From a virus, in the IMG/VR virus record IMGVR_UViG_3300032046_000005, positions 32,001-96,000 of that record: a stretch of DNA of 64,000 nt; one strand, given 5' to 3'. The translations under genes and the position numbers were made by a program. The notes beneath the pieces are model-generated. The model saw only the letters and a program-made list of their open reading frames with translations. It was not told where the DNA came from and did no database searches. Positions 40,492-49,274 of this stretch are shown here, piece by piece (within the stretch, counting starts at the first letter, position 1; every line of letters starts with the position of its first letter).

Positions 40492-41354
40492 TCTATTTCA
40501 CTCCACTTTTCATATTCATTAGGAATTATCCAATATTTAGGATTCACATCATTAGAAATCAAGATTTCATAATCAGAAATAAGTTTTTCGTGTAATTTTT
40601 CTCCTAATCGATTACCAATTATTTCGATAGGATAATCTTTTCCCACTATTTCTTGAATAACATCTATTAGTTTTTGTTCTCTAAGTTTCGGAACCCATAT
40701 TTCTCCATTTTTACCTTCTATAAATGCTTTCGTGATGAAATCAATCATTTCTTTAGGATACATGAAAAACCGTTCCATATCTATATTTGTAAGTAATATG
40801 GGTTCTTTTTTTTCTTTTTTTTCTTTAGCAATTTGAACTATTGAACCTCTAGAACCATATATATTTCCTAGTCTCACACAAACCATTTGAATCAGAGGAT
40901 CTTGACTCCATCTTACCTGTAGCAATCTTTCACTTATTTTTTTTGAACATCCCATTAAGGATGAAGGTTCAATTGCCTTATCTGTACTAATATGTAATAA
41001 TTTCTTGATTTTATGTTCAATAGAAGCAGTAATAATGTTATCAAGTCCCATAATATTTACAGAAACTGCTTCCATAGGATTATATTCACAAAAGGGAACA
41101 TGTTTGATTGCGGCACAATTTATTGCATAATTTACTCCTTTCAATGCTCTACGAACTCTTTCTAAGTTTCTTACATCACCCAACAAACACCGAATTCTGT
41201 TATTATTCCATTTTTGTTGACATTCCCATAAAGAATTTTCATCATTACTGAATACTCGTATTGAATATGGTTTTTGTTTTAATAGATATTCAACAATGAG
41301 AGAACCAATAGATCCTGTTCCTCCAAATACACATGTTGTCTTATCTTTAAACAT
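40488..41354 (-). CDS. UDP-GlcNAc 4,6-dehydratase (PseB/CapD/PglF family)
   Basis: GGTGSIG, AAIKHVP, STDKA, MGCSK, RLGNIYGSRGS, GEKLHE. Confidence 0.9.
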   Translation of the reverse strand: MFKDKTTCVFGGTGSIGSLIVEYLLKQKPYSIRVFSNDENSLWECQQKWNNNRIRCLLGDVRNLERVRRALKGVNYAINCAAIKHVPFCEYNPMEAVSVNIMGLDNIITASIEHKIKKLLHISTDKAIEPSSLMGCSKKISERLLQVRWSQDPLIQMVCVRLGNIYGSRGSIVQIAKEKKEKKEPILLTNIDMERFFMYPKEMIDFITKAFIEGKNGEIWVPKLREQKLIDVIQEIVGKDYPIEIIGNRLGEKLHEKLISDYEILISNDVNPKYWIIPNEYEKWSEID

Positions 41355-41367
41355 TTCTAAATCTTTT

Positions 41368-41610
41368 TCAATCGTCTTTTTTACCCATATCTTTTTTTTT
41401 AATATCAGTTATTTCTTTTAATCCAATTACTTTTTTTAAAAACAACCAAGAAACTGTAGCTTCGTGAATTTGAGAAGTGATTGACATTCCGGTAGTTTCT
41501 TTATAATTCTTTAATAAAGAATATATTTTCAATGGAATTCGCAAACGAATGTATTTATTGTCTGGATTTATCTTCTTTCCTTTTATTCTTCTGCTTTTTT
41601 TGGATTGCAT
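41368..41610 (-). CDS. RHH regulator
   Basis: IRLRIP..IY..LK.Y..TGMSITSQI; tandem paralogue of the next gene. Confidence 0.65.
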   Translation of the reverse strand: MQSKKSRRIKGKKINPDNKYIRLRIPLKIYSLLKNYKETTGMSITSQIHEATVSWLFLKKVIGLKEITDIKKKDMGKKDD

Positions 41611-41789
41611 TTTATTTCCTTATATTTTATTTTTTCATCTGTAAAATCTAAAAATCCAACATTTATTAGATATTCATTCAAACCCATTTGAATGATTGAT
41701 GATATTGAAATACCACTAAATTTTTTATATTTTTGTAGTATTTTATATATATTAGTTGGAATTGAAACAATTATTCTTTTTTTCTTCAT
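41583..41789 (-). CDS. RHH regulator
   Basis: IIVSIP..IY..LQKY..SGISISSII. Confidence 0.65.
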   Translation of the reverse strand: MKKKRIIVSIPTNIYKILQKYKKFSGISISSIIQMGLNEYLINVGFLDFTDEKIKYKEIKCNPKKAEE

Positions 41790-41807
41790 TTTAAATCATT
41801 TATGAGT

Positions 41808-42269
41808 TTAAGTGTAAAAATCTAAACAAGGATTTTTTATATCTATTTCTCGTTCATTATTAGGAGGTTTTACAATTTTTTCATATTCTTCAATTTCTTC
41901 TTCGGAAATATCTGAATCTTTGTTGTTTATTCCTTTTGCTAGGAGTTTGAGAAATAGTTCACACCAACTTTCAATTCCTTCCATAAATTTATACATGCCC
42001 ATTTCATACATCTTTAACTTTTTTAGCACATATAAACTAGTTACTCTAAAATTTTGCATACAATGAGCACGATCATCATTAGTACAAGTACTACAATCTA
42101 GATTACATTCAAAACAATCTTTAATTTCATTGTTTATGGCATCAAAGAAATCGAATTCTTGTTCAAAATCATTTTTTACTTTTGTCAATTCATCCATTTT
42201 TGCTATTATTTTATCAGTCAATTCTTGTTTCTTTTCATTACTTAAACGATTCCATTTTTTTCTTCCCAT
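41808..42269 (-). CDS. hypothetical Cys-containing protein
   Basis: CFEC..CSTC..C. Confidence 0.5.
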   Translation of the reverse strand: MGRKKWNRLSNEKKQELTDKIIAKMDELTKVKNDFEQEFDFFDAINNEIKDCFECNLDCSTCTNDDRAHCMQNFRVTSLYVLKKLKMYEMGMYKFMEGIESWCELFLKLLAKGINNKDSDISEEEIEEYEKIVKPPNNEREIDIKNPCLDFYT

Positions 42270-42517
42270 CGTTGTTTACTCTCCTTTTCGTTAATAATCA
42301 AATGTTCGATATCAAAATTAAGTTGTCCTATAAGATTCCAGATTTCTATCATCGAACCAACAATATCATATAAAATTGGTTTGAGTTCTATCATTGAAAG
42401 TTTGGGAGTTTCTTCAAGAAATTTCAGATTAGTCTCTAAAGCATTCTTTACTTCTTCTATGAGATCTTTCCTTTTTTCAATTTTTTCTGAATATTCTTCA
42501 ATTTTTTTTTCCAACAT
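42242..42517 (-). CDS. hypothetical helical protein
   Basis: Overlapping operon ORF. Confidence 0.5.
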   Translation of the reverse strand: MLEKKIEEYSEKIEKRKDLIEEVKNALETNLKFLEETPKLSMIELKPILYDIVGSMIEIWNLIGQLNFDIEHLIINEKESKQRWEEKNGIV

Positions 42518-42866
42518 TTTTCATGATCTCCTTATTAATTTTCCAAAACCGATTGCTGTATTTACTAATGTATTTATTTGTTTCAAATTCACGAAAACAA
42601 TGGTTTAATTGCTTTCCTAAGCGTTTTTGAAAAGGACTATATTCAGATTCAGTAAATAAATATCTTTCAGGAACATTGAATATATCAACAATGATTTTAT
42701 CTCTCAATTGTCGCAATGAAAAATATTTGTTAAAGTGATCTGAAAGCAAAATTCTTGTTGCTAATACTTTCACATCGTCTAAATTTAAGTTTGATTTATT
42801 TATTTTTTCGCTATTATACAATGAAATTTTTATACATCTCTTCATATGATTTTTTTTCTTTATCAT
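42498..42866 (-). CDS. putative winged-HTH protein
   Basis: Paralogue of 417..785. Confidence 0.5.
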   Translation of the reverse strand: MIKKKNHMKRCIKISLYNSEKINKSNLNLDDVKVLATRILLSDHFNKYFSLRQLRDKIIVDIFNVPERYLFTESEYSPFQKRLGKQLNHCFREFETNKYISKYSNRFWKINKEIMKNVGKKN

Positions 42867-43110
42867 TCACATAATATGGAACATGTGTTGTTTCATTTGA
42901 TTGTTCAAAAGTAATGACCATCAACCAACCGTTTTTATAATTCTTGAATTCGACTTCCTTTATTTTATTTTCAATATAAGGAAAAAAACATTCAAAAAAA
43001 TATGGTTCTGGAAATGTTCCTATGATTGTAAATCCATGATGCCACATTATTGACAACCAATTTTTCAAATTTTCCATATTTTTTTTCATATTTTTTCTGA
43101 TAATTATCAT
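42814..43110 (-). CDS. hypothetical protein
   Basis: ORF downstream of portal with its own promoter motif. Confidence 0.5.
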   Translation of the reverse strand: MIIIRKNMKKNMENLKNWLSIMWHHGFTIIGTFPEPYFFECFFPYIENKIKEVEFKNYKNGWLMVITFEQSNETTHVPYYVNDKEKKSYEEMYKNFIV

Positions 43111-43139
43111 AGAATTATGATAGTTTTATAGTTCATTGT

Positions 43140-45077
43140 TTATTTTTTGACTTTTTTATCAAAATCTTTTCGTTGATACATATAACTTGGACTATTTTCT
43201 ATTTGTTTTTGTAATCGTTCGCTTCGTTCTCGTAATCTATCCATCGTTTCGTTCCATTCGTCCATTCTTTCTTTAAAAAAGTTTTTGTTATGCATCATGA
43301 TTTCCATAAATCGTTGATTTTCTAACGATTCTTGTATCCAATCAATGTTATCAAAATCTTGTATTCCTTTCACTGGTTTATTTCTAACAGCTTTTTCTGG
43401 TTTGCCCGTTCTCACGGTTTTTGTTCGTTCAGGAGTGATTTTTTGATCTTCATTTACTTTTTTTTCTACTTTTTCTCCTTTTCCTTGTCCTTGTTCATTA
43501 CCTTGTCCTTGTGGTGGCAATAACAACTGTGGATTTTTCTTGAATTGTTCGAATTGCATCATAGCTTGCTCGTATTGCATGCCCATTAATTTCTTTTGAA
43601 TTTTGACCATTTTTGTTTGAACTTTTGCTTGTTCTAGTTGTTCTCGCATTAATTGTTCAGTTAATCGTTGCTGTTCGGTTTTATGCAAGTCCAAGTTCCA
43701 ACGCAATGTCACATTACCTAAGTCTGGAAAATGACACATGTTCTGCAAAATATCCATTATGTCATCCGTTATGTCCATTTGTAATGTAGACAGGTTTGAA
43801 GCCAAGTAATCTTCTTTTGAAACTAACGCACCTGCGCCTTCAAGACCCCCACCTTCCGCTCTTCCAAATAATTGGTTCTTAGGTATGATCCAAGCACTCG
43901 AAATGTCTTCTCTCAAGAATTCGAGATATGAATCAATACCTTCTCCAATCTTGCCTGCCGCATTCATGAGTTTAAAATCCATGTTCTTTCCAAATATATA
44001 GAACTTGTTTGCTCTCATTTTAGCAAATAAATCGAGATATTTCTGAGTCAATTCAGCAGAAGGATATTCTTGAGCTACAGTTGCTCCCACTAATACTGTT
44101 CCAAGTTGAGATAATGATCGTAATATGTAATAACAAGTATTTAGATAACAGATTAACGGAATCCAACACAATTCCGGTATTGCAATACCTCTCAAACCTC
44201 CTTCTACTTTTCTTGTTTCTAAAACATGAACTCTTGAATGATGTATGGTCGTTTGAGTAGGCACTCCACCAATATAATCCCATTTCGATTTGTCATAATC
44301 TAATCTTGCGTTATCAAAAATGTTCATTGGAGTCATATAATAACAACTAAACGCATCAAAATCAATTGGTCTGGTTCTAGGAGCAGATTTATCCATTCTC
44401 TCTACTCCTTTTTCTCCTCTATAATATCCAATCAAATGTCCTAATCCGGTCATTCGTTCGAAATAAACCGTATCAGTTATGTGATCCCATAAATGTGTCT
44501 GATTCATCCATTTCAAAATAGTCATTATTTCAGGAGTTTTGATTTCTTTATCAGGATCATCATAATTCACGAAAGAAAAACGATTTCTAAACGCATCCTT
44601 CGCTACTGAATAACAACCTCTATGTGCAACTCCCAATCGTTGAGTACACATTACCACGAGATGAGAAACGGGAATTCTTCCATAGTCGTAAACATAATCT
44701 CCTCCTCCTGGAGTTCCGTAAAAATCGTCAAGAGGAGTATAATAAGATTGAAAGTCTGATGTAATGCTTTCAAATTTTTCTTTAATTCCATCTCCTAACG
44801 GAATCCGGTAATCTTTTCCATAACCTTGAGGAATTCCTAAAAACTTGTAAAAATCTTTAGTTAATCCCCATTCGTCCGTTTTTTCGTTTTCTTGTTTAAG
44901 TTTGCTTTTAATAAGTGCTTCGTCTAAAACTTCAATGTAGTCTCGTGGTTTCTTGATTTCATCTGAAAAACCGTATTCTTTCGCAACTTTATCGTGTCGC
45001 TTTTTTACATCAGAAGAAGTGAATCCGCCTAGTTTAGATTGAAATCCTTTCGAACCTTTTTTACTTATACCTGTCAT
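43140..45077 (-). CDS. portal protein (DUF1073-like) with long N- and C-terminal extensions
   Basis: IHHSRV, G.AI, ISSAWIIPKNQLFG..GGL, EDY, LRWN motifs typical of DUF1073 portals. Confidence 0.85.
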   Translation of the reverse strand: MTGISKKGSKGFQSKLGGFTSSDVKKRHDKVAKEYGFSDEIKKPRDYIEVLDEALIKSKLKQENEKTDEWGLTKDFYKFLGIPQGYGKDYRIPLGDGIKEKFESITSDFQSYYTPLDDFYGTPGGGDYVYDYGRIPVSHLVVMCTQRLGVAHRGCYSVAKDAFRNRFSFVNYDDPDKEIKTPEIMTILKWMNQTHLWDHITDTVYFERMTGLGHLIGYYRGEKGVERMDKSAPRTRPIDFDAFSCYYMTPMNIFDNARLDYDKSKWDYIGGVPTQTTIHHSRVHVLETRKVEGGLRGIAIPELCWIPLICYLNTCYYILRSLSQLGTVLVGATVAQEYPSAELTQKYLDLFAKMRANKFYIFGKNMDFKLMNAAGKIGEGIDSYLEFLREDISSAWIIPKNQLFGRAEGGGLEGAGALVSKEDYLASNLSTLQMDITDDIMDILQNMCHFPDLGNVTLRWNLDLHKTEQQRLTEQLMREQLEQAKVQTKMVKIQKKLMGMQYEQAMMQFEQFKKNPQLLLPPQGQGNEQGQGKGEKVEKKVNEDQKITPERTKTVRTGKPEKAVRNKPVKGIQDFDNIDWIQESLENQRFMEIMMHNKNFFKERMDEWNETMDRLRERSERLQKQIENSPSYMYQRKDFDKKVKK

Positions 45078-45380
45078 TTATGATACTTTTAATTGATAAT
45101 TATTAAACAGATTATCCCACGATTTGGTGTCTTTAAAATTTGCTACTATTTTAGCACATAAATGAAATGGTTTTATCACTTCAGTTGAAAACGTATCATT
45201 AAATTCATAATCTAATATGACTCCATATTCATCTTTGTTCAAATTTCTTTCTTCAATAGGTATGATTGATATTTTAAACGAATCTAAAATCTGTTTTTCT
45301 ATTATCTTTTTCATGTGTTCTATAATAGCTTTAAAACTTGGACTTTCTTTTTCTAGTAATTTTTCATTTGCATTATTCAT
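45078..45380 (-). CDS. hypothetical protein, paralogue of 59044..59364
   Basis: NE.LL..PS.KAII...IE..ILDSF.(I/V)SI.P...DY.FN...PFH.C.KI..N.KD...WD.LF shared with 59044..59364. Confidence 0.7.
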   Translation of the reverse strand: MNNANEKLLEKESPSFKAIIEHMKKIIEKQILDSFKISIIPIEERNLNKDEYGVILDYEFNDTFSTEVIKPFHLCAKIVANFKDTKSWDNLFNNYQLKVS

Positions 45381-45662
45381 AATCTTTCTTTATCTCTTTG
45401 TTCATATACATAAAATGCTAATTTTTTCTCAAAATCTAAAACATCTTCATCAAGTTGATGCAAGAATGTTGGATCATATTGAATATCATCAAAACATATT
45501 CCATCAATAATATGGTGATGTTTTTGAGTTTTAATAGACATTTTACACGTATTAGTATTTTTTAGTATGTTAATCAAAAATCATACTAAATCTAAATAAT
45601 TCATTGTTTCAAAAAAGTTAAATAATATGAAAAATTATACAATATAAAAGTAAGGCAAAAAA

Positions 45663-45863
45663 ATGTGGTTTAAAAACAAAAAAAGAATAGATAATTTAGG
45701 AAAAAAATGTTTAGAATGCGATGGATATTTAAAAATTAAAGAAACTGTTTACTCTGAATCAAGATATAAATTTTTTGTGGGATTAGAATGTAAGAAATGC
45801 AAAAAACAATACTATGTTGAATTAATTAGTCCTGCAAAAATGCCATATAAAAAAATAGAATAA
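45663..45863 (+). CDS. small Zn-ribbon protein
   Basis: CLECDG...ECKKC. Confidence 0.55.
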   Translation: MWFKNKKRIDNLGKKCLECDGYLKIKETVYSESRYKFFVGLECKKCKKQYYVELISPAKMPYKKIE

Positions 45864-45875
45864 AAAAGTAAAAAA

Positions 45876-46043
45876 TTAATAACAAGGACAATCAGGATAA
45901 GGATAATCTCCATTTCCGCATTCATCCCAAGCATCATTACAACATTTCTTAGAACAATAATAATCGCATCCATAACCTGCTGACCAAGTATGCTTTTCAA
46001 CATTGTAAATTTTTCCACAATGATCGCATTTATCTTTAGTCAT
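45876..46043 (-). CDS. small TRASH/MYM-type Zn-finger protein (55 aa, not in track)
   Basis: MTKDKCDHCG...YYCSKKCC; upstream TATA at about 46066-46078. Confidence 0.55.
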   Translation of the reverse strand: MTKDKCDHCGKIYNVEKHTWSAGYGCDYYCSKKCCNDAWDECGNGDYPYPDCPCY

Positions 46044-46119
46044 AAATAATATATATGATTATAAGTATTTAAAGTTTTCTAAAAAAATAAGAAAAAAAAG
46101 AATTGTTTAATTTAGTTTT

Positions 46120-46551
46120 TTAACTTATATAAATCATATAATTATTTCTGTTGTTTTTTCCTGTTTTTAAATTATTTATATGGTTTATTTTTTTCAATAT
46201 TCTTTCAAAATCATAATCCATAAAAACTTCAATATATTCTAAATTTTTTTCACGATCTTTTGAATCTCTATAATCATCTCCATAACTTAAATGAAGATCT
46301 TTACCAATTTCAAATTTAAAATAATCAAGAAGTTCTTTAAAATTTTTAATTTTTTTTTCATTTATTTTTTTTGATTCTTGTTCATTTTCTTTTTTCTTAG
46401 ACTTTGTAGCAGAAAGAATCTTTCCTGCTTGTTCATCTGCTTCTTTTTTACCAATTCCTTTTTCTTTTTGCAATCGAGAAGAGATTTCATCAAATGCAGT
46501 ATCACTTTTCAAATTTCCTATATATTTTACTTTGACTTTTTTTTCTGACAC
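46120..46551 (-). CDS. hypothetical basic protein
   Basis: FDEISSRLQKEKGIGKKEADEQAGKI resembles small head-protein modules. Confidence 0.45.
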   Translation of the reverse strand: MSEKKVKVKYIGNLKSDTAFDEISSRLQKEKGIGKKEADEQAGKILSATKSKKKENEQESKKINEKKIKNFKELLDYFKFEIGKDLHLSYGDDYRDSKDREKNLEYIEVFMDYDFERILKKINHINNLKTGKNNRNNYMIYIS

Positions 46552-46576
46552 AATTAGTATATATTTTTACTCATAT

Positions 46577-46846
46577 TTAAATCTTTTCTTTTTCTAGTTT
46601 TCTTGTTTCATTGTCAATTCCATTGAAAGTTTCAACAGATAAAGGTTTAATTCCTTTTATGTTTTGTTTCAATTTGATCGTTTTCCATTTCTTTTCTTTT
46701 TTCCTTTTTGCCGTTTCGAACAAATTATCGGAATGTTTTTTGGCAATATTGTCAACAGGACAATATCTTAACGTGTTGGGATATTCGTTTTCACACTTGA
46801 AACAAGTCCAAGTGTGCGATTTTTCGGGTTTTTTATCTAATATCAT
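46577..46846 (-). CDS. Zn-ribbon protein
   Basis: WTCFKCENE...YCP. Confidence 0.5.
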   Translation of the reverse strand: MILDKKPEKSHTWTCFKCENEYPNTLRYCPVDNIAKKHSDNLFETAKRKKEKKWKTIKLKQNIKGIKPLSVETFNGIDNETRKLEKEKI

Positions 46847-47183
46847 GTCATAACAATATTTTTATGTTTATCTATGTATTGATTTATTGTTTTTTTTAAC
46901 TAATAATTTCATTATTTTATTGATTTTAGAATGTTCATTTTTAAATGATTTTAAAATACATGTAAAAATCATATCAATAAGTTTATATATTTTAGTTAAC
47001 TTTATATAATCATGACTTTAAAAAAGGACATTAGGAAGTGGATAATTCTAGATAATTTCACGAGACTTATTCTATGAAGATATTTAAAAATGCAATTTCA
47101 TTGTGAATCTTTACAATATGGAGCCTAACCTTAATTGAAAAGTCTAAAATTTAATTTAAAATGAGATGATATATATTAAAAAA

Positions 47184-47332
47184 GCAGAGGTGGTAGAGTG
47201 GACGAATACGCCAGACTTAAGATGTATATATCGGTTATGGGCGACACTAAGGACGAAACTCAAGTCCACCTTTAGTATCGTGAGAAATCTGGTACACAGG
47301 ACACATCGCAGGTTCAAATCCTGCCCTCTGCA
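47184..47332 (+). tRNA. trnL: tRNA-Leu(TAA) with 65-nt intron at canonical position 37/38 (47222..47286)
   Basis: Acceptor GCAGAGG/CCTCTGC, anticodon stem CCAGA/TCTGG, T-arm GCAGG TTCAAAT CCTGC, long variable region, discriminator A, no CCA; BHB central helix CTTA/TGAG with AGA and AAA bulges. Confidence 0.9.
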
Positions 47333-47342
47333 TGTTAATATT

Positions 47343-47490
47343 GGTAGAGTGTCAGAATGGTTAATGGGCTCGACTGGAAGTTTCGAATCGAAATTCTGAG
47401 AGAATCGAATTTCCGAGAACGCTATTCCCGAGAGTTGAAATCGAGTTGTCCCTTAAATGTGGATTGGAGGTTCAAGTCCTCCCTCTACCG
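47343..47490 (+). tRNA. trnS: tRNA-Ser(TGA) with 60-nt intron at non-canonical position 32/33 (47375..47434)
   Basis: Acceptor GGTAGAG/CTCTACC, stem CTCGA/TCGAG, T-arm GGAGG TTCAAGT CCTCC, long variable arm, discriminator G; helix CTCG/CGAG, inner helix GGAA/TTCC; spliced loop CT-TGA-AA. Confidence 0.85.
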
Positions 47491-47499
47491 TTTTTTTTT
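47491..47499 (+). terminator. archaeal oligo-T terminator after tRNA pair
   Basis: T9 immediately after the discriminator base. Confidence 0.6.
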
Positions 47500-47544
47500 G
47501 TTTGAACAAATAAATTCAAATATTAAATAAGATTATTAATATAT

Positions 47545-47874
47545 ATGAAAAGTCTAAAATTTACATTATTAAAAGAAAAATTAATTTCAGGAGAAAAAGA
47601 TCAAACGTTCCGATGTTTGTTTGTGCCTAATTACGATGTTGGAGAAGTAATTAACATAAAATTTCAAGATGAAATTTTGTATCAAGCAATTATAAAAGAA
47701 ATATATCCCAAACAGATAAAGGATTTGTCTTTTGAAGAAGCAAAACGAGATGGTTTTGATTCAATACAAGAAATGCAAGATAAAGTAATGGAATTGAACA
47801 AAGTAAAAAACTTGAATCGGTGGGGATTTGTAATACAATTTAAAAAAATACTTAGTATTGATACTTTTTTATGA
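47545..47874 (+). CDS. ASCH/PUA-like domain protein
   Basis: LISGEKDQTFR, VGE, LS.EEAKRDGF motifs. Confidence 0.8.
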   Translation: MKSLKFTLLKEKLISGEKDQTFRCLFVPNYDVGEVINIKFQDEILYQAIIKEIYPKQIKDLSFEEAKRDGFDSIQEMQDKVMELNKVKNLNRWGFVIQFKKILSIDTFL

Positions 47875-48049
47875 AAAACAATATATTTAAATATTATGAA
47901 TTATATATACTTATCATGATAAAAGAAAAATTATTGTTAAATTTAGCAGAATTAAATAGAGCATTGATTTTTCACAAAAACGAATTCAAGAAAAATGAAA
48001 TCAATTTCTTGAACTTGAAAAAAGAAAAAATAAAGAAGATGATAATCAA

Positions 48050-48322
48050 ATGAACGAAGAAAAAAAGCCTGGAAAAAAACCTGGATTCAAGAAAAAAGCT
48101 TCTGTTCTCTTGAACATGGAAAGAGAAGAGTTAGAAGCTCTTGATAACATGATTCAAAAACAAAACTTTGAATCATTGTATAAACTGAAAAATGACAAAG
48201 AATTTCCAACATTATCAAAAGCAAAAGCTAAGAAAAAAATTTCTGGATTGTTAATAAACAGAAACAAGCGAATCCGAAACTTAATTATAGATGAAACAAA
48301 CAAGTTTTCAGTAAAAAAATAA
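48050..48322 (+). CDS. hypothetical basic, RHH-like protein
   Basis: KPGKKPG, VLLNM..ELEALD. Confidence 0.45.
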   Translation: MNEEKKPGKKPGFKKKASVLLNMEREELEALDNMIQKQNFESLYKLKNDKEFPTLSKAKAKKKISGLLINRNKRIRNLIIDETNKFSVKK

Positions 48323-48332
48323 GGTATGAAAA

Positions 48333-48545
48333 ATGACAAACGAAAAGAAAACCATAATTACAAATCCTTTTAAAATATTGATTGACAACATGCATAAAAC
48401 CATACTTGATATTGTAAAAATATTAGAAAAAATGCCTGAAATGTTGTTAGAATCAGTTAAGAACAACAAGGATTATGTAATTGCAAGAATAAACAAGAAA
48501 ATGATCGAATATCGAAACTTAAAAAAATTCGTCAAGACATTGTGA
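48333..48545 (+). CDS. hypothetical protein
   Basis: AAGGTATGA RBS, operon ORF. Confidence 0.45.
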   Translation: MTNEKKTIITNPFKILIDNMHKTILDIVKILEKMPEMLLESVKNNKDYVIARINKKMIEYRNLKKFVKTL

Positions 48546-48847
48546 TCGATCTCATAAAATCGTTAAAAACGCTACAAATCAACGATCAAGATTTAGAAAA
48601 AAAACTAAATCAATTAAATAATTTTTTATTTTCTACTTTTGAAATCATCGATAATACGATTAAAAACGTTGATTTAAAGTTTGCAAAAACAATTCAAAAA
48701 ATCGACAATTTATTTTTTCAACTTAACATGATCGAAAATAAATATCAAAATAAAAAACAAATATTACAAAAACAAACTATTTTACAAAAAGAATTGCTTG
48801 ATTTATTAGAGAAAAGCATTCAAAAAAGAGAAAAAAAAGCTATTTAA
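48542..48847 (+). CDS. coiled-coil hypothetical protein
   Basis: Heptad pattern. Confidence 0.45.
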   Translation: MIDLIKSLKTLQINDQDLEKKLNQLNNFLFSTFEIIDNTIKNVDLKFAKTIQKIDNLFFQLNMIENKYQNKKQILQKQTILQKELLDLLEKSIQKREKKAI

Positions 48848-48850
48848 GAT

Positions 48851-49033
48851 TTAAGTAACATCAACATATCCTTCAAACTCTTCGATTTTACCAATTACTC
48901 TTGTGTGTTTTGCGTGAGTAACATTTTGAAAGTAATTGATTCGATTCAAGTTTTCAAGATCGTCAGGATCAATTTGAATGTAAACTTTACATTTATTACA
49001 AGCCACTACTCGAATTCCTTGTTTGTTTATCAT
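48851..49033 (-). CDS. small Zn-binding protein
   Basis: CNKC...HAKH. Confidence 0.5.
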   Translation of the reverse strand: MINKQGIRVVACNKCKVYIQIDPDDLENLNRINYFQNVTHAKHTRVIGKIEEFEGYVDVT

Positions 49034-49274
49034 TTTTGAACACCTACACTATTATTATTGGACATTGACACTTGTTATAATCAACCATTTTAGACTTCAA
49101 AAAACACCACACCCATTGTTTTCCATCGTGAGTACAGTGTTTTTTGGAATGTTTGCAAATTATTTCCAAAAAAATCACTTTTTTTTGTTGTTAAGTATAG
49201 TATATATAATTTGATATATAAATTTATGTTTTTTAAATCAAAACATATAAATATATCTTATTATTTAATAACAT

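Noticed and set aside
45812-46018. 68-aa minus-strand ORF from the track
   Set aside because: The alternative frame 45876..46043 encodes a clear Zn finger with ATG and promoter
47245-47280. Hammerhead ribozyme in the tRNA-Leu intron (CGAAAC)
   Set aside because: No CUGANGA core; the sequence folds as a simple hairpin
47166-47399. 77-aa ORF on + strand
   Set aside because: Overlaps both tRNA genes; spurious
47374-47440. tRNA-Ser(GGA) with canonical 37/38 intron
   Set aside because: Would need CTGG to pair with GTTG at the 3' junction (two mismatches); the 32/33 junction gives perfect CTCG/CGAG and GGAA/TTCC helices and anticodon TGA
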